Source of the DNA: Pecten maximus
Taxonomy: Eukaryota
Direction of reading: 5' to 3'
DNA length: 64,000 nucleotides
NCBI RefSeq assembly: GCF_902652985.1
Contig: NC_047018.1
Span: forward strand, 37,820,001 to 37,884,000
In this document: piece by piece, positions 1 through 11,980 of the stretch
Layout: the number at the start of each line of letters is the position of its first letter
Position numbering within the stretch: the stretch's first letter is position 1
Made by a program: the position numbers and the translations under genes
Notes under the pieces: generated by a model
Seen by the model: only the letters and a program-made list of their open reading frames with translations
What the model was told of the DNA's origin: nothing
Databases searched by the model: none

Positions 1-39
1 GAAAATTCACTTAAGTTGAAAGTTTGCTAGGTTTATCGC

Positions 40-305
40 CCCATGAACTGCCAGAGTGATTTTCAGGCAAGGCCTCCTTGTAGTAGTTGGTGACTACCTC
101 AATGAACAACATACGAGAGGCCTATAACATGCCATCCAGAGTAATTATGGTAGAGTATCTTGCCCAAGGACACAATTATGACAGTACAGACTGGTCCGTT
201 TCTCAACTTCCAGAGGAGGCTCAGCTAGGGAGCCTCGAACCAAGTACCTTGGATCTTCACCACAGGTTATGTGGCTGGCACTCAAGCCGACTAACCTACC
301 GTGGC
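40..305 (-). mobile_element. Degenerate tRNA-derived SINE with CORE-like central motif
   Basis: Minus strand has a B-box-like GGTTCGAG (plus ctcgaacc ~235) and TGTGTCCTTGGGCAAG (plus cttgcccaaggacaca ~159-174), resembling the CORE/MIR SINE motif. Boundaries approximate. Confidence 0.45.
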
Positions 306-513
306 CCCATCATGAGGCCAAACATATTTAAGCGACACTGTGTTTCATGAAGAAGGACAAGATCACTACATACATGTAGATATACAGATATAAGTTTTAC
401 TCTTAGTATTTCCTGTTGTACAGATAAATTGAACATTTTCCATATTAACATAGACTTTGATAACAGAAAGTGTTACATTTTCTATGTCAGTAAGACTGTG
501 ACTATATTTTTAC

Positions 514-3500
514 CTGTGATGCTGTTGGCCTTTACAAGTTGAGCACAGTCATCTATAACAGCCTGAGGAACATCATCTAATGTATCTCCCTAAAATACAA
601 ACATTAGACAGTGTAGACTCAGTATAATGGATGGTGATGTTGTTATTGTCGTATCATTGTTTATAAATAAAAGGACATAACTCTATATAAAGTGGGACAG
701 TAAACATAATTTCAATACAAGAAGAGAACAAGAGGCCCATGGGCCTTAACAATCACCAGAATTTCAGATGGAGGGATTCTCAAAGAACCAACTTCCTGCT
801 TCATTCATATGTGTTGTGCTTCATCTACTAGGTTGGATATCTACTGGGTTGCAGGACCCTCTTAAATAATCTCCTAGGTTACAGGTGGATATCTAGTGGT
901 TTTCAGGGCCCGCTTAAATAACAGTAGTAAACATATACATATATGTATCAGGACCTGCTTAAATAACAGTAGTAAACATATACATATTGTATAAACGAAG
1001 ATGAGCAACTCCTGAAGCCAGATTTCCAAACAGTATATTCTGATTTCTCCCTTTAAAGCTGGTTGCTGACATGTTTTGACCTAAGGTTGGCGACATCAGG
1101 GCACAGTTTACATAGTGTACATGTAGTTAGGGGTGAAAATGGAGGTCATGTGATTTCAGTATGTCACGTATATATATATATTCTGTCATTCAATCGGCAT
1201 ACATTAATTGTAATGAGGCAAAAGTAGGGTGGCAACATACATGGGAAACACCATAGACCAAGTGACACAGGGATGGACTGAAGGATAAACCCTTCTAGTA
1301 TTCAGTACCTAGACGTGTCTACTGTTAAACAGCAGAGACATAATGTTGTTATCATATAACTGACCTGTTTTATCATGTAATACAGCTTTGTCATAATACT
1401 GTATCATATATATTTAACTGTTGTAAATAATTCATCACTGCACCCAATTGTCTCTCTATCAGAGTCAAAATTCTTCCATTGAAATTAAACATTTTGCTTC
1501 AAATTCTTTTCTCATAAATATGAATTATGTCATGAATAGAGTCTTACATTTTCGGCTATGTCATCTGGGGTTTATCAAACTTGTTAAACAAATTTATGTG
1601 GCACTCATTTAGTAATTCTCTATAATATACATACACTCTGTAAGATTTCCTATTTAACATATACAACACTGTAGATACACAGTGGATACTTACGAGATGA
1701 AGTCGCAGATACACGTGAGCTGAGGACACCTTGTCCACATGAAACCTGGGAATATGACACAAATTTAAAGTAGAGATCTAGAGTGCACTTTTAAAAGAGC
1801 TTTGACTATGTAAATGTACTTACAAGAGTTTGTCTTACTGTAAATCTATTTACATGGTCATTCAGTGAATCATTCAGTGTTCACACACAAAACAGTAAAC
1901 AATAAAGGTTATTTACTATCACATTGTCATCAAACTCTTAAAACACATCAATTGGAAAACCACACTTACCATACATCTTCTGGAAAACCCCATTTGATGA
2001 GATCTTCATCTGATGACAAAAAAAAATATTTCTAAATTATGAGCACTACAATCTAGAGAATTTATGATTATATATTAAATTTCAAATATTAAATAAATAT
2101 CTATTGTAATGGTTTTTGTTTCCCTGTTACAAAGCATGTGTTTGCATATGTCCAGGATATCTTTTGTTGAATCATTGCATGTATACATGAAAGTGAAGTG
2201 TACAGATTTATGACATTCAAAAGTTTCCATCATACTTGATTGGTATGACAGTGGATATATTTCATTTGATGATCTTTAGAAAATCTGACTCCCCCAAAAT
2301 ATACATGTACATGATATAATTAAATTTTCTGTTTACTAGTACGACATCCTCTGCCATCAATACCACTACAGCAAAAATTCATCTTGATTTCACTAGTTTC
2401 TGAAAATCCATGTCAAAATACATGTAACAAATTTTTTCCTATGGATGCATATGATTTTTTTTGAATTTTTTTATTTTTCAAGATTTTTTTCATAAATACA
2501 AAACATTTGAAACATATATGCACACACATTCTCACTCTTACACCCACAGTAGCTATACTCATGATTCATCATCATCATCATACATAATCAAACATCATCA
2601 TCATCATCATATCAGCATCATCATCTTTATCATCTTTATGCATATGATTTGGTACAGAAAGGTCATTCTGAACAAAAGTTTTCTTAATCAGATCCACTTA
2701 TAACTTACTTTCATGTTTGTCAAGTCCCATATACAGCAAGTAACATGGAGATACAACTGAAAGATAAACAGATAATGATTACTATTATTTACAATGATAC
2801 ATCATCAAAAATAATAATGATAAATCATCATTCTTAGGTAACTTTATATGGTATGTATAAGCTATATAGTATATAAAATAACCTCTATCTGCTCAAACAA
2901 TTTAAGAGATTTACTTGACAAGATACTTCTGATAAAGGTTCTAGATCTGTTGCATTCGGAATGATAACAATGATTCATGATCATAATTTAAATCAGCCAG
3001 TCAAGGGCCTCCTAACGGTTGAGGAGAAGTTCTGATTTCATATCTGTTTACATTGCTTATATGGTATTGTAAACAGCTGAAAATTACATTTCTTCAGTCA
3101 GAAATGGTATACATGACTCAAAACGAGAGTTATGGTTGCTGCCTGCATCATCAAAGTCCTTGGTTGTTAATTACCAACAGCATTAAAATTTGATGTTACC
3201 CAGGTAAATACTAGCTGCAATATACAGTTTGACTAACAAGATCTTCTCTTTAGCTCAATAGTCAATAGGGTTAATAGTAATCAAGAGGTCCTGGGTTTGA
3301 TCCCTGGTGGACCGTGGAAGCAGTAATTTAAATATTGACATCCATATGCATGTAGGTACCCGGGAATCATACTTAGTGTTGCTTGTGAAAGCATCACTGT
3401 AACCGCAGGAAACTAAAAGACGAATTCTTTCCTGGAAGGGGGGGGGTATATATGTAACCCTGGTAAATACTACATGTAGCCGCAATACAACACTTGGTAA

Positions 3501-4032
3501 GAGAGCTAGATCTTCTCTTTAGCTTTATCGGTTGAGCGTAAGATTATATAATTAGTAAGCCAGAGGTACCAGGTTCAATCAATGGAGAAGGCAGTGATTT
3601 AAATTAATCATGCGCTCTGTTACATGAAAAGGCCTCCTATGCATTTATTTATCTGTAAAAGCACATTTTTCAAGGCAGTTTTAAAGGCATATCTATTAAC
3701 ATCAGAACCCTTCGGGTTCGTGGTTCCCCAACCTGTTTCTGTATAAGGGACTGATTTACATTGATATTTCCTTATTATCGTTTACATTATGAAACTCACA
3801 GTCAAAATAGTTATATATATTGGTACCATAGCTGTTAGTCTGTACCGATTGTACAATGACCACCTGCTGAATAATTAACTTAGACAGCTGACTGCTATTT
3901 AACTGAAAAATGAGCACTTTGCAGTAAGTACAAGACAGGTTTTCTAATCGTTATACATTCAAACACGGGATGTACTACTAACGAAGTATGAAATACAGTT
4001 TAGATACCTCTGCTCGTGAAGAAAAACACCAT
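514..4032 (-). CDS. CCDC25: Coiled-coil domain-containing protein 25 (NFACT-R/DUF814 family), first five coding exons; the gene continues off the left edge
   Basis: GT-AG exons 4008-4032, 2709-2756, 1970-2009, 1694-1745 and 514-589 splice in frame to [81 protein letters not shown]. This matches the conserved CCDC25 N-terminus (MGxDKxENEDLI..[16 protein letters not shown]..DCAxLVKANSI). Confidence 0.95.
2566..2640. repeat. Imperfect (CAT)n microsatellite in a CCDC25 intron
   Basis: Runs of catcatcat. Confidence 0.7.
3245..3600 (+). mobile_element. Two degenerate tRNA-like (SINE head) copies in CCDC25 intron 1
   Basis: Both start agatcttctctttagct (~3238 and ~3508) and contain A-box-like TAGCT and B-box-like GGTT(T/C)(G/A)ATC motifs; too degenerate for a functional tRNA. 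Confidence 0.35.
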
Positions 4033-4190
4033 GTTTTCTGTTTCGCAACTCTATCCACATGTAATTTTCTTCAACGGAAGTCGATACTTCATTTTACTCC
4101 AAAAGTAAAAGAGCATGTAAGGGAAGTAACTCCAAAATATAGTGATGTGCAAAAATATTCGGTCACGTATTTTTTTTTACTGGATTATAT

Positions 4191-4228
4191 CAGAGACCTA
4201 TATATATTAAGTATAGTATAGGTCTCTG
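4191..4228. mobile_element. Ultra-short palindromic element, 7-bp TSD
   Basis: CAGAGACCTATA...TATAGGTCTCTG flanked by ATTATAT/ATTATAC. Confidence 0.6.
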
Positions 4229-4465
4229 ATTATACTGTTTATTTCATGCAATTTGATAATTGTTCAGGTCTGATGAATAATTATGATTGTGTTTTTCAAT
4301 GGATCCTCCATACAGTAGCCGAAAATGGTTAACTGTTAGATCTTTATTTCTTTTTAGATATTTTTTCTCGGTGCTCAATTTTCTAGCCTGGTTCCCTACC
4401 AGACTAAGCCCATCATCAATTTTCATGAAAACAAATGATAAACATATACAGTATATATATGCATC

Positions 4466-4497
4466 CAGAGACCTATATACTAATATATAGGTCTCTG
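4466..4497. mobile_element. Ultra-short palindromic element, 7-bp TSD
   Basis: CAGAGACCTATATA...TATATAGGTCTCTG flanked by a perfect ATGCATC repeat (4459-4465 and 4498-4504). Confidence 0.7.
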
Positions 4498-5881
4498 ATG
4501 CATCGTAACAAAAGTGTGACGTGTTTCTTATTCTTACTTAATAATGCCATTGCTAAAATTTAAAAAAAAAGTAACGGGCAATATCTGTTGAGAACAGTCA
4601 CGGAAAGTATTCTATTATTATCGGAGGAATAATGGTCAAATAATTATCTCTCTATATATACAGTACTTATATAAATTTAAGGTGTGGAATTTATTAAATC
4701 CCAATGAAAAATTAATTGAAAAATCATACAAAACTGTATGAAATATATAGTCTAGTATCAATATATCATGCGCGAAGGCTTCTGGCATGTCATATTGTAT
4801 CCTAGAGCCATGCATGTGGACCTGGTCATTAATCGCTATAAATAAAACAACATTTATGTGACACAGACTTATAATGGTCTTAATTTTCTGAAGAGAGATT
4901 ATCTATATATTTGTTACAATTATTTGTAAAAAAAAAAAAAAAAAAAAAAATCACGTTTGGATAATTGCAGCTTCGATCTTAACGATAAAGGTGATTGCAG
5001 AACCTACGACCAATAGATGGTCATTAAGATTGGCGTTAATGAAATCATGTATTCATGAAATCTAAGTGATTTACAGTAGACTATATTTGCAAAAGTTATC
5101 GCCCTTTATTTACCTCCGCAAATTCTTAACTTCAGTTTTCAACAAATTTCTGGTATTCTCTTTTGTATTATGACTGCATTTAAATATTTGTATTAACTTG
5201 ATAAAATAATGCATTTCTTCTTGGAATGGGACAGACATATATTGTTTAATCTTGGGGGTACTCTATATATCAAACTCACAAATTACTACCATTACAACCA
5301 ATGAAAGAATGGTCTGCAAAATGATGTCACATTTGTAGAAGCAAATGCAGTGTATAAATCTACTGATGCAGGAAATTACTGAAATAAACAAGGGCAATAA
5401 CTCTTTCAAACATCAATGATTATTCTTACAAAATAAATGAAAAATAATTGTCATTTTCTAATTTTATTCACCAGCTTTTGCCTCATTTTACCAGGTATCT
5501 TTTCATAAGCGGTCATTACCAACAAATTAAATTTTACACCCTCTTGTCAAGTCATAATGACCATCACATTTTTGGACACTAAATGTCATTCTCCAAAAAA
5601 GGACACTTTGCCCAATCCTTGCCAATGGAATGGTCTTCTAATGTGTTGTTGGGTCTGTTAGGATGTACCATCACACACCAAACAGACTGACACAATCTGG
5701 GGACCTGTAAAAATATAGTGTTTGTATAATAAAGATGTCCAACATGCAAAAGACAGTTTAAATATTAAACAATTTGTATTTGGAATATGTTTATTCTACT
5801 ACATATGTGACACCGGGTAGAGATACTACATGCATCAAGACAAATGTCGTTTGGAACTTTTTTGTACCTGTAAATGTAGAC

Positions 5882-6100
5882 TTTATTTATTTTACAACAA
5901 TTGCGAAACAAGTTATATTAACTTATGTTAATCACGCTTGTTGGCCCGGATGGAAGTTCGCGAGGGGTCTTACTGTTAGAGAAAAACCGGAGTACCCGGG
6001 AAAAACCCACGTGGTCGTACAGGTGACCCCCTACCTTTTCACGTCCGATCGGGGAATCGAACCCCGGCCGCCTAGGTGAAAGGCAAGTGTTATCACTGTG
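5882..6100 (-). mobile_element. tRNA-derived V-domain SINE
   Basis: Minus strand has B-box GGTTCGATTCC, the V-domain-like GGGTTTTTCCCGGGTACTCCGGTTTTTCTC, and an AT-rich tail. Confidence 0.7.
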
Positions 6101-7214
6101 CCTTTCACCTAGGCTTTCTTACTCTCTTACTGTTTAGGAAAGCCACAGTGCTCTTAACGTTTCTGAAAAGTTATTGCACAAAACAGAAAGGATACAAAAA
6201 GGTGCAATGCTCATAAAATTGAAGCAATGCAAGTATACTGCAATTTTTCTTCAGATATTTAATTACAGTATCAAAAAATAAAGGGGCTTATTTGCGGATA
6301 AATACGGCAAGCTGTTACCAGTCCTGCCACGCGGAGGCCTCCTCAATAGGACCACCAGGAACAGAAATCAAGAGCTGTTGGACAACAGCATAGCTCGTCT
6401 CGCATATGTTTGTCAATAAATAATTAAAATATATCAATTGGTATGGTTTCGCAAAAAGTTGCATTAATAATATTTATATTGTTTACATGATCAGATTATG
6501 TTTTGTGAATTCATGCAATTTTCAAAACCATACCAATTTATATATATATATATATATATATAAATTATTTATTGGCAAACATTCGGGAGACAAGCTATGC
6601 TGTTGTAGATTGAATGAATATATAAAATACAAATGTAATTGCTTTTGGACATATTTCTCCAATTTTTTGATAAAATATTTTCCTTATGCGAGTTTTCTCC
6701 CTTTAAAAAAATGTGGACCTGTATAAATTATCTAATGTGAGCATTTTCACATTGTTTTTTTTCAGTTTCATTCCAAGAAGGGATAGAACGAATGCCGGTT
6801 GGGACCATTTTCGTAAAAGAAAATAATATTTTTTTCGCGTTATATCCCAAGAGATATCCTGCTGTAATTATGTATAGCTATTCCTCAACCGAATTACATC
6901 AAATGACTTCTATAAAAAGAAATGGATGGTCAAGTCAATGTATTATAATTGGCGTTTGCTTGACATTCATACATTTTTTCACAGGTCTTTGGATCCAGCA
7001 TCCGTTCTCTTTGATATTTTGCAAATCAATAAAGATTTTCAAACTTGGACTATTTCTAATACCTTGTCAAATACTTCAGTATCTGACATTAATTTGTATT
7101 TTACAAGGCTGCAATTATTAATAAAATGAACTCATTAATGCTCAACTATTACTATTACATTTAGTTCAGATTTGTTAATTATCATGCAACTCCCTCTCCC
7201 ATAATATTAATATT

Positions 7215-7215
<1 letters not shown>

Positions 7216-7247
<32 letters not shown>
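7216..7247. repeat. Poly-C tract (32 nt)
   Basis: Direct reading. Confidence 0.9.
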
Positions 7248-7589
7248 ACTTCCTTTCACAACTCTTAATTAAATGTTTGACATGTCCTTTTAAGAAGGTT
7301 CCGAAAATAACGGTAATTTGTATCCATTATCAATAATATTTGAGAAGTATTCCACGGAAGTTGATGTGTCGCCTAGGCAGCATGTTGGGTGATTACGAAC
7401 AAAGTGATTTTTTTTTTTTGAAGATCATGAATTATTTTTAATTCCAGACACATAATGCAGATATTAGACAGTGACCATCTATATAAACAAAACAGGTTTA
7501 ATACACAAATGTAGGAAAACAGTGTATTTATTTTTCCTGAGAACTACCAGTTACCACAAGTCATTATTTCATGTACCAGGTAATTTAAA

Positions 7590-8180
7590 TAAGACTTCTG
7601 CAAGCAGTAAGGAAGGTCTTATCTCCGGACCTGAAAAGCAATCCCAAGCAAGCCCCTTTGGTAAAGAAGGTGTTATGAAGTTTGGGTTTGATCAGACCAC
7701 GGAAACTTGAGTTATGGCACGGAAACGTATTCTATTTATAGTACCTTGACCTTGACCTTCAACCTCCGGACCAGAAAAGCAATCCCAAGCAAGTCCATTT
7801 AGTAAAGAAGGTGTTATAAAGTTTGGGTTTGACCAGCCCATGGAAACTTGAGTTATGGCACAGAAACGCATTATATTTATAGTAGTAACAGCGACCTTGA
7901 CCTTCAACCTCCGGACCTGAAAAGCATTACCAAGCAAGCCTCGCAAGCCCGATTTGGTAAGGAAGGTCTGTATGAAGTTCGAACTTGATAAGCAAAAGGA
8001 AACATGAGTTATGGTACGGAAACTAATTTTCTATTTTTAGTAACAGTGACATTGACCTTTGACCTTCGGGTCTGAAAAGCAATCCCATGCAAGCCTTTTG
8101 GTCTGTATGAAGTTTGGGAACCTCTTGTGCTGACGTCGCCGCCGCCCTATATGTCACCTGCTTTTGCAGGCGACACAAAA
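7590..8180 (+). mobile_element. Non-autonomous Helentron/HINE-like repeat with internal ~150-bp tandem units
   Basis: About 3.5 tandem units containing gaccttgacctt / gaaaagcaatccca / tatgaagtttg. The 3' end has a GCC microsatellite, a terminal stem-loop (tcacctgc-tttt-gcaggcga) and an A-run. Confidence 0.6.
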
Positions 8181-8620
8181 CCCTATTCTCTTTCAACCGG
8201 CCCCTTACGAGAAAATCATCTTGACCCTGTTCATATTCAAAATAGTCATCTATAGGTATAATATCACAAGAATTAGAATACTTATCTTGGTCGTCCTTCG
8301 AATTCAATTTTTCGCTGCGACCGACCGCCTTTTACAACTATACAGACACTTCCTCAAAGTGTACTTGTTTCTATATATTAGACAACCTTATACTCCCTAA
8401 ACTCGTCTTTTGCTCCTTCAGCTGCTGTCAAATATCATTTAAAGTAACTCCATCTATATTTCCACTACTTTCTTCGTTCTCCATTTCAATTAAATTACAC
8501 ATCTGCCTGCCCCCTACCCGTGTCGTCTGAATGACAATTACACATTCAGGTAACACGCGGTAGGGATTTGCACGTGCAAATCACGGATCATCACGCTACC
8601 TTTGCCACTGCATAACACAG
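8180..8620 (-). mobile_element. Possible fragment of a DIRS/Ngaro-like retroelement
   Basis: The minus-strand peptide YFEYEQGQDDFLVRGRLKEN resembles, from memory, the start of the RT ORF of invertebrate tyrosine-recombinase retroelements. It is cut off by the adjacent repeat. Confidence 0.3.
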
Positions 8621-8949
8621 GGAAAATTTCATTTTTTTTAAATTTGACAGTTTTTTTCATATCTACCAGAAATAATTGTGTACACTTTTATCATACATAT
8701 CACCACGTGATCTTATATTTGCTAATGTTTGTCATTTTAATTTCTGTAGAGGTCCGTGTATAATAAATGTAAAAAACAACCCAGATAATTGTTTTGTTGC
8801 TCGACGCTGTACATCTAGATTGTGACATCAGACAATCTAAATGAGGTCTAACTAATACTGTAATCCAGTGGCCATTTTGATTACTCAAATAATCGGCGTG
8901 TCCATTTTTTGCGAGTTCATTTTTTCTGCATAACTTTTTATTGCTCAAT

Positions 8950-9238
8950 AAAATTCACAGCTGCCATTTGCAATTCAAGGTAAAAAAGAATCGACGCTTA
9001 TGCTTTGATAAAGTAAAATCTGGTAAAAAAGTGCTTGCACTACCTGTTATCGAAACTTGTGATCATAACGGCAATGTTATTTTGTGCTATATGACTGACC
9101 ATCCTGAGCTTAATTTGTTCTTCTGAAACATGCTTTTTATGTCTGTTTTGCCGAAATAAACAGGTAGCTTAACATTATCCAGGTTAAAGATCACTATTCT
9201 GTTGCAATCAAACAGATGTAACTTGACCAATTGTTAAT
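8950..9238 (+). repeat. Old interspersed repeat; second, inverted copy at ~57770-57895 + 59771-59945 is interrupted by the LTR element
   Basis: aaattcacagctgccatttgcaattcaag...gagcttaatttgttcttctgaaac aligns with the reverse complement of the LTR element's flanks. Confidence 0.7.
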
Positions 9239-9240
9239 AC

Positions 9241-10650
9241 GTATCACCTTATATGTTAATACTACTGTGTGACCCCGTATCACCTTATATAGTGATATTA
9301 CGGTGTGACCCCCGTATCACCTTATATGGTAATACTACTGTGTGAACCCCGTATCACCTTATATGGTAATACTAATTGTGATCCCGTATCACCTTATATG
9401 GTAATACTACTGTGTGACCCCCGTATCACCTTATATGGTAATAATACTGTGTGACCCCGTATCACCTTATATAGTAATACTACTGTGTGACCCCGTATCA
9501 CCTTATATAGTAATACTACTGTGTGATCCCGTATCACCTTATATGGTAATACTACTGTGTGACCCCGTATCACCTTATATGGTAATACTACTGTGTGATC
9601 CCGTATCACCTTATATGGTAATACTACTGTGTGATCCCGTATCACCTTATATGGTAATACTACTGTGTGACCCCGTATCACCTTATATGGTAATACTACT
9701 GTGTGGCCGCGTACCACCTTATATGGTAATACTACTGTGTGGCCGCGTATCACCTTATATAGTGATATTACGGTGTGACCCCCGTATCACCTTATATGGT
9801 AATACTACTGTGTGACCCCGTATCACCTTATATGGTAATACTACTGTGTGGCCGCGTACCACCTTATATGGTAATACTACTGTGTGACCCCGTATCACCT
9901 TATATGTTAATACTACTGTGTGACCCCGTATCACCTTATATAGTGATATTACGGTGTGACCCCCGTATCACCTTATATGGTAATACTACTGTGTGACCCC
10001 GTACCACCTTATATGGTAATACTACTGTGTGGCCGCGTATCACCTTATATGTTAATACTACTGTGTGACCCCGTATCACCTTATATAGTAATACTACTGT
10101 GTGACCCCGTATCACCTTATATGGTAATACTACTGTGTGGCCGCGTATCACCTTATATGGTAATACTACGGTGTGACCCTGTATCACCTTATATAGTAAT
10201 ACTACTGTGTGACCCCGTATCACCTTATATGGTAATACTACTGTGTGACCCCCGTATCACCTTATATGGTAATACTAATTGTGATCCCGTATCACCTTAT
10301 ATGGTAATACTATTGTGTGACCCTGCATCACCTTATATGGTAATACTACTGTGTGATCCCGTACCACCTTATATAGTAATACTACTGTGTGACCCCGTAT
10401 CACCTTATATGGTAATACTACTGTGTGACCCCGTATCACCTTATATAGTAATACTACTGTGTGACCCCATATCACCTTATATAGTAATACTACTGTGTGA
10501 CCCCCGTATCACCTTATATGGTAATACTACTGTGTGATCCCGTATCACCTTATATGGTAATACTACTGTGTGACCCCGTATCACCTTATATGGTAATACT
10601 ACTGTGTGACCCCATATCACCTTAAATGATACGACTGTTATGTGACCCCT
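9241..10650. repeat. 36-bp minisatellite, ~39 copies
   Basis: Unit GTATCACCTTATATGGTAATACTACTGTGTGACCCC with recurrent variants. It explains the 12-aa-repeat ORFs on both strands. Confidence 0.97.
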
Positions 10651-11980
10651 TTTCTGCCTTTAGACACGTCATCAGAATCAAATGTTGATAGAGGCAATCA
10701 TATGAATCATATCGTTTTTCTTTTTACATATCCATAATATTTTGCCTCGGATTTTTTAGGATGTTCATATGAAATACTGCCAATACAAATTAACTACTAT
10801 TATTGAATGTCTTACTTCTCAATTGTTTTATCGGCACATTGATTTTAAATTCGGTGTATTTCAGACTTTTTAGCAAATTTGGACGCGTATTTGCAATCAT
10901 CATGATCTATGAAACTATCACATTATCATTAAATGTTTTAAAAATAATATTGATAAAATAAAAAAAAATTAAATAAAACGTAACATCACCACACAAATTC
11001 TGATGAGTATCCGTCAATGATTGACTGGAAGTTAAACGTTCTACTATAAAAGACGTGAGTGCGTATATCGTATAAAATATAACAATTTTATTGCAAAAAT
11101 AATATTTCATAAAATATAAAAAGGTTATTTTGAAAATAAATCTTATATTAAACAACAATATTTGATTACGACATGATTAGATAGATTATATGATCGTCTC
11201 CCCATATCACCGGTAGTAACACAAGAAATACGAGAGCGGTCAACTTCCGGGGACGGAGTCGTCCTCCGGGGGCGGGGTCGACTTCCGGAGGAGGGGAAGA
11301 GTCATGGCTTTGCTGGAAAAAACACAGTCCAGCTGTGTCTTAAATCCCATGGAGACAAAAAATGTCTGATATCTTATATTCAAATAGTGTCTGCCGACAA
11401 CTAAATGCATTTGTAGGATCCTTTGCCAGGTTAAGCCGTACAAACACTTACAATCTAATATTTAAAAAAAAATGTTCAGATATATTTATCCTTTTACTAA
11501 GAATTTAAATTATGTAACTCTTTTAAATGTTAATTCTTTTTGTAAGAATATACACAAAAAGGGTTATTTAATTCCCTTATAATATGGTTCTTAATTCTAA
11601 ATCATTTGGCGAAACTTCTAAAATCTTTACAAACCAAACTGTCTTCAGTATTTCTCTACACGTATTTGATATTAACTATTGAATTTTAGAGAGAAAAAAT
11701 AAGACGAAAAAAATCCAAATATTGTTTCTTTACATTGTGAAGTGTTGTACGACTATATCAGCCGAATGAGCGGTACATAACTCAGGATCAGTACCTCAAG
11801 CACAGTACTTTTGAGTTCGTCACGAACCAGCGCGGTATTTTTGTTTTGCAGTCTTATCTAATCCACTAGGTACTAACCACTGCACATATATTGCTTTAAA
11901 TCAGTGTAAACCAATTGTCAGTTTCAATGTAAGTCAGATACAAAAAGAGAGACTATAAATCCAGTAAAACCCCAGTTAAA

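Noticed and set aside
9241-10650. 36-bp repeats as a CRISPR array or a repeat-protein gene
   Set aside because: Units are head-to-tail with no unique spacers, the context is eukaryotic, no cas genes are present, and frames are broken by C-run slippage.
11240-11300. GC-rich patch with two ACTTCCGG (ETS-like) motifs as a promoter
   Set aside because: No adjacent exon or ORF supports it; it may be a repeat remnant.
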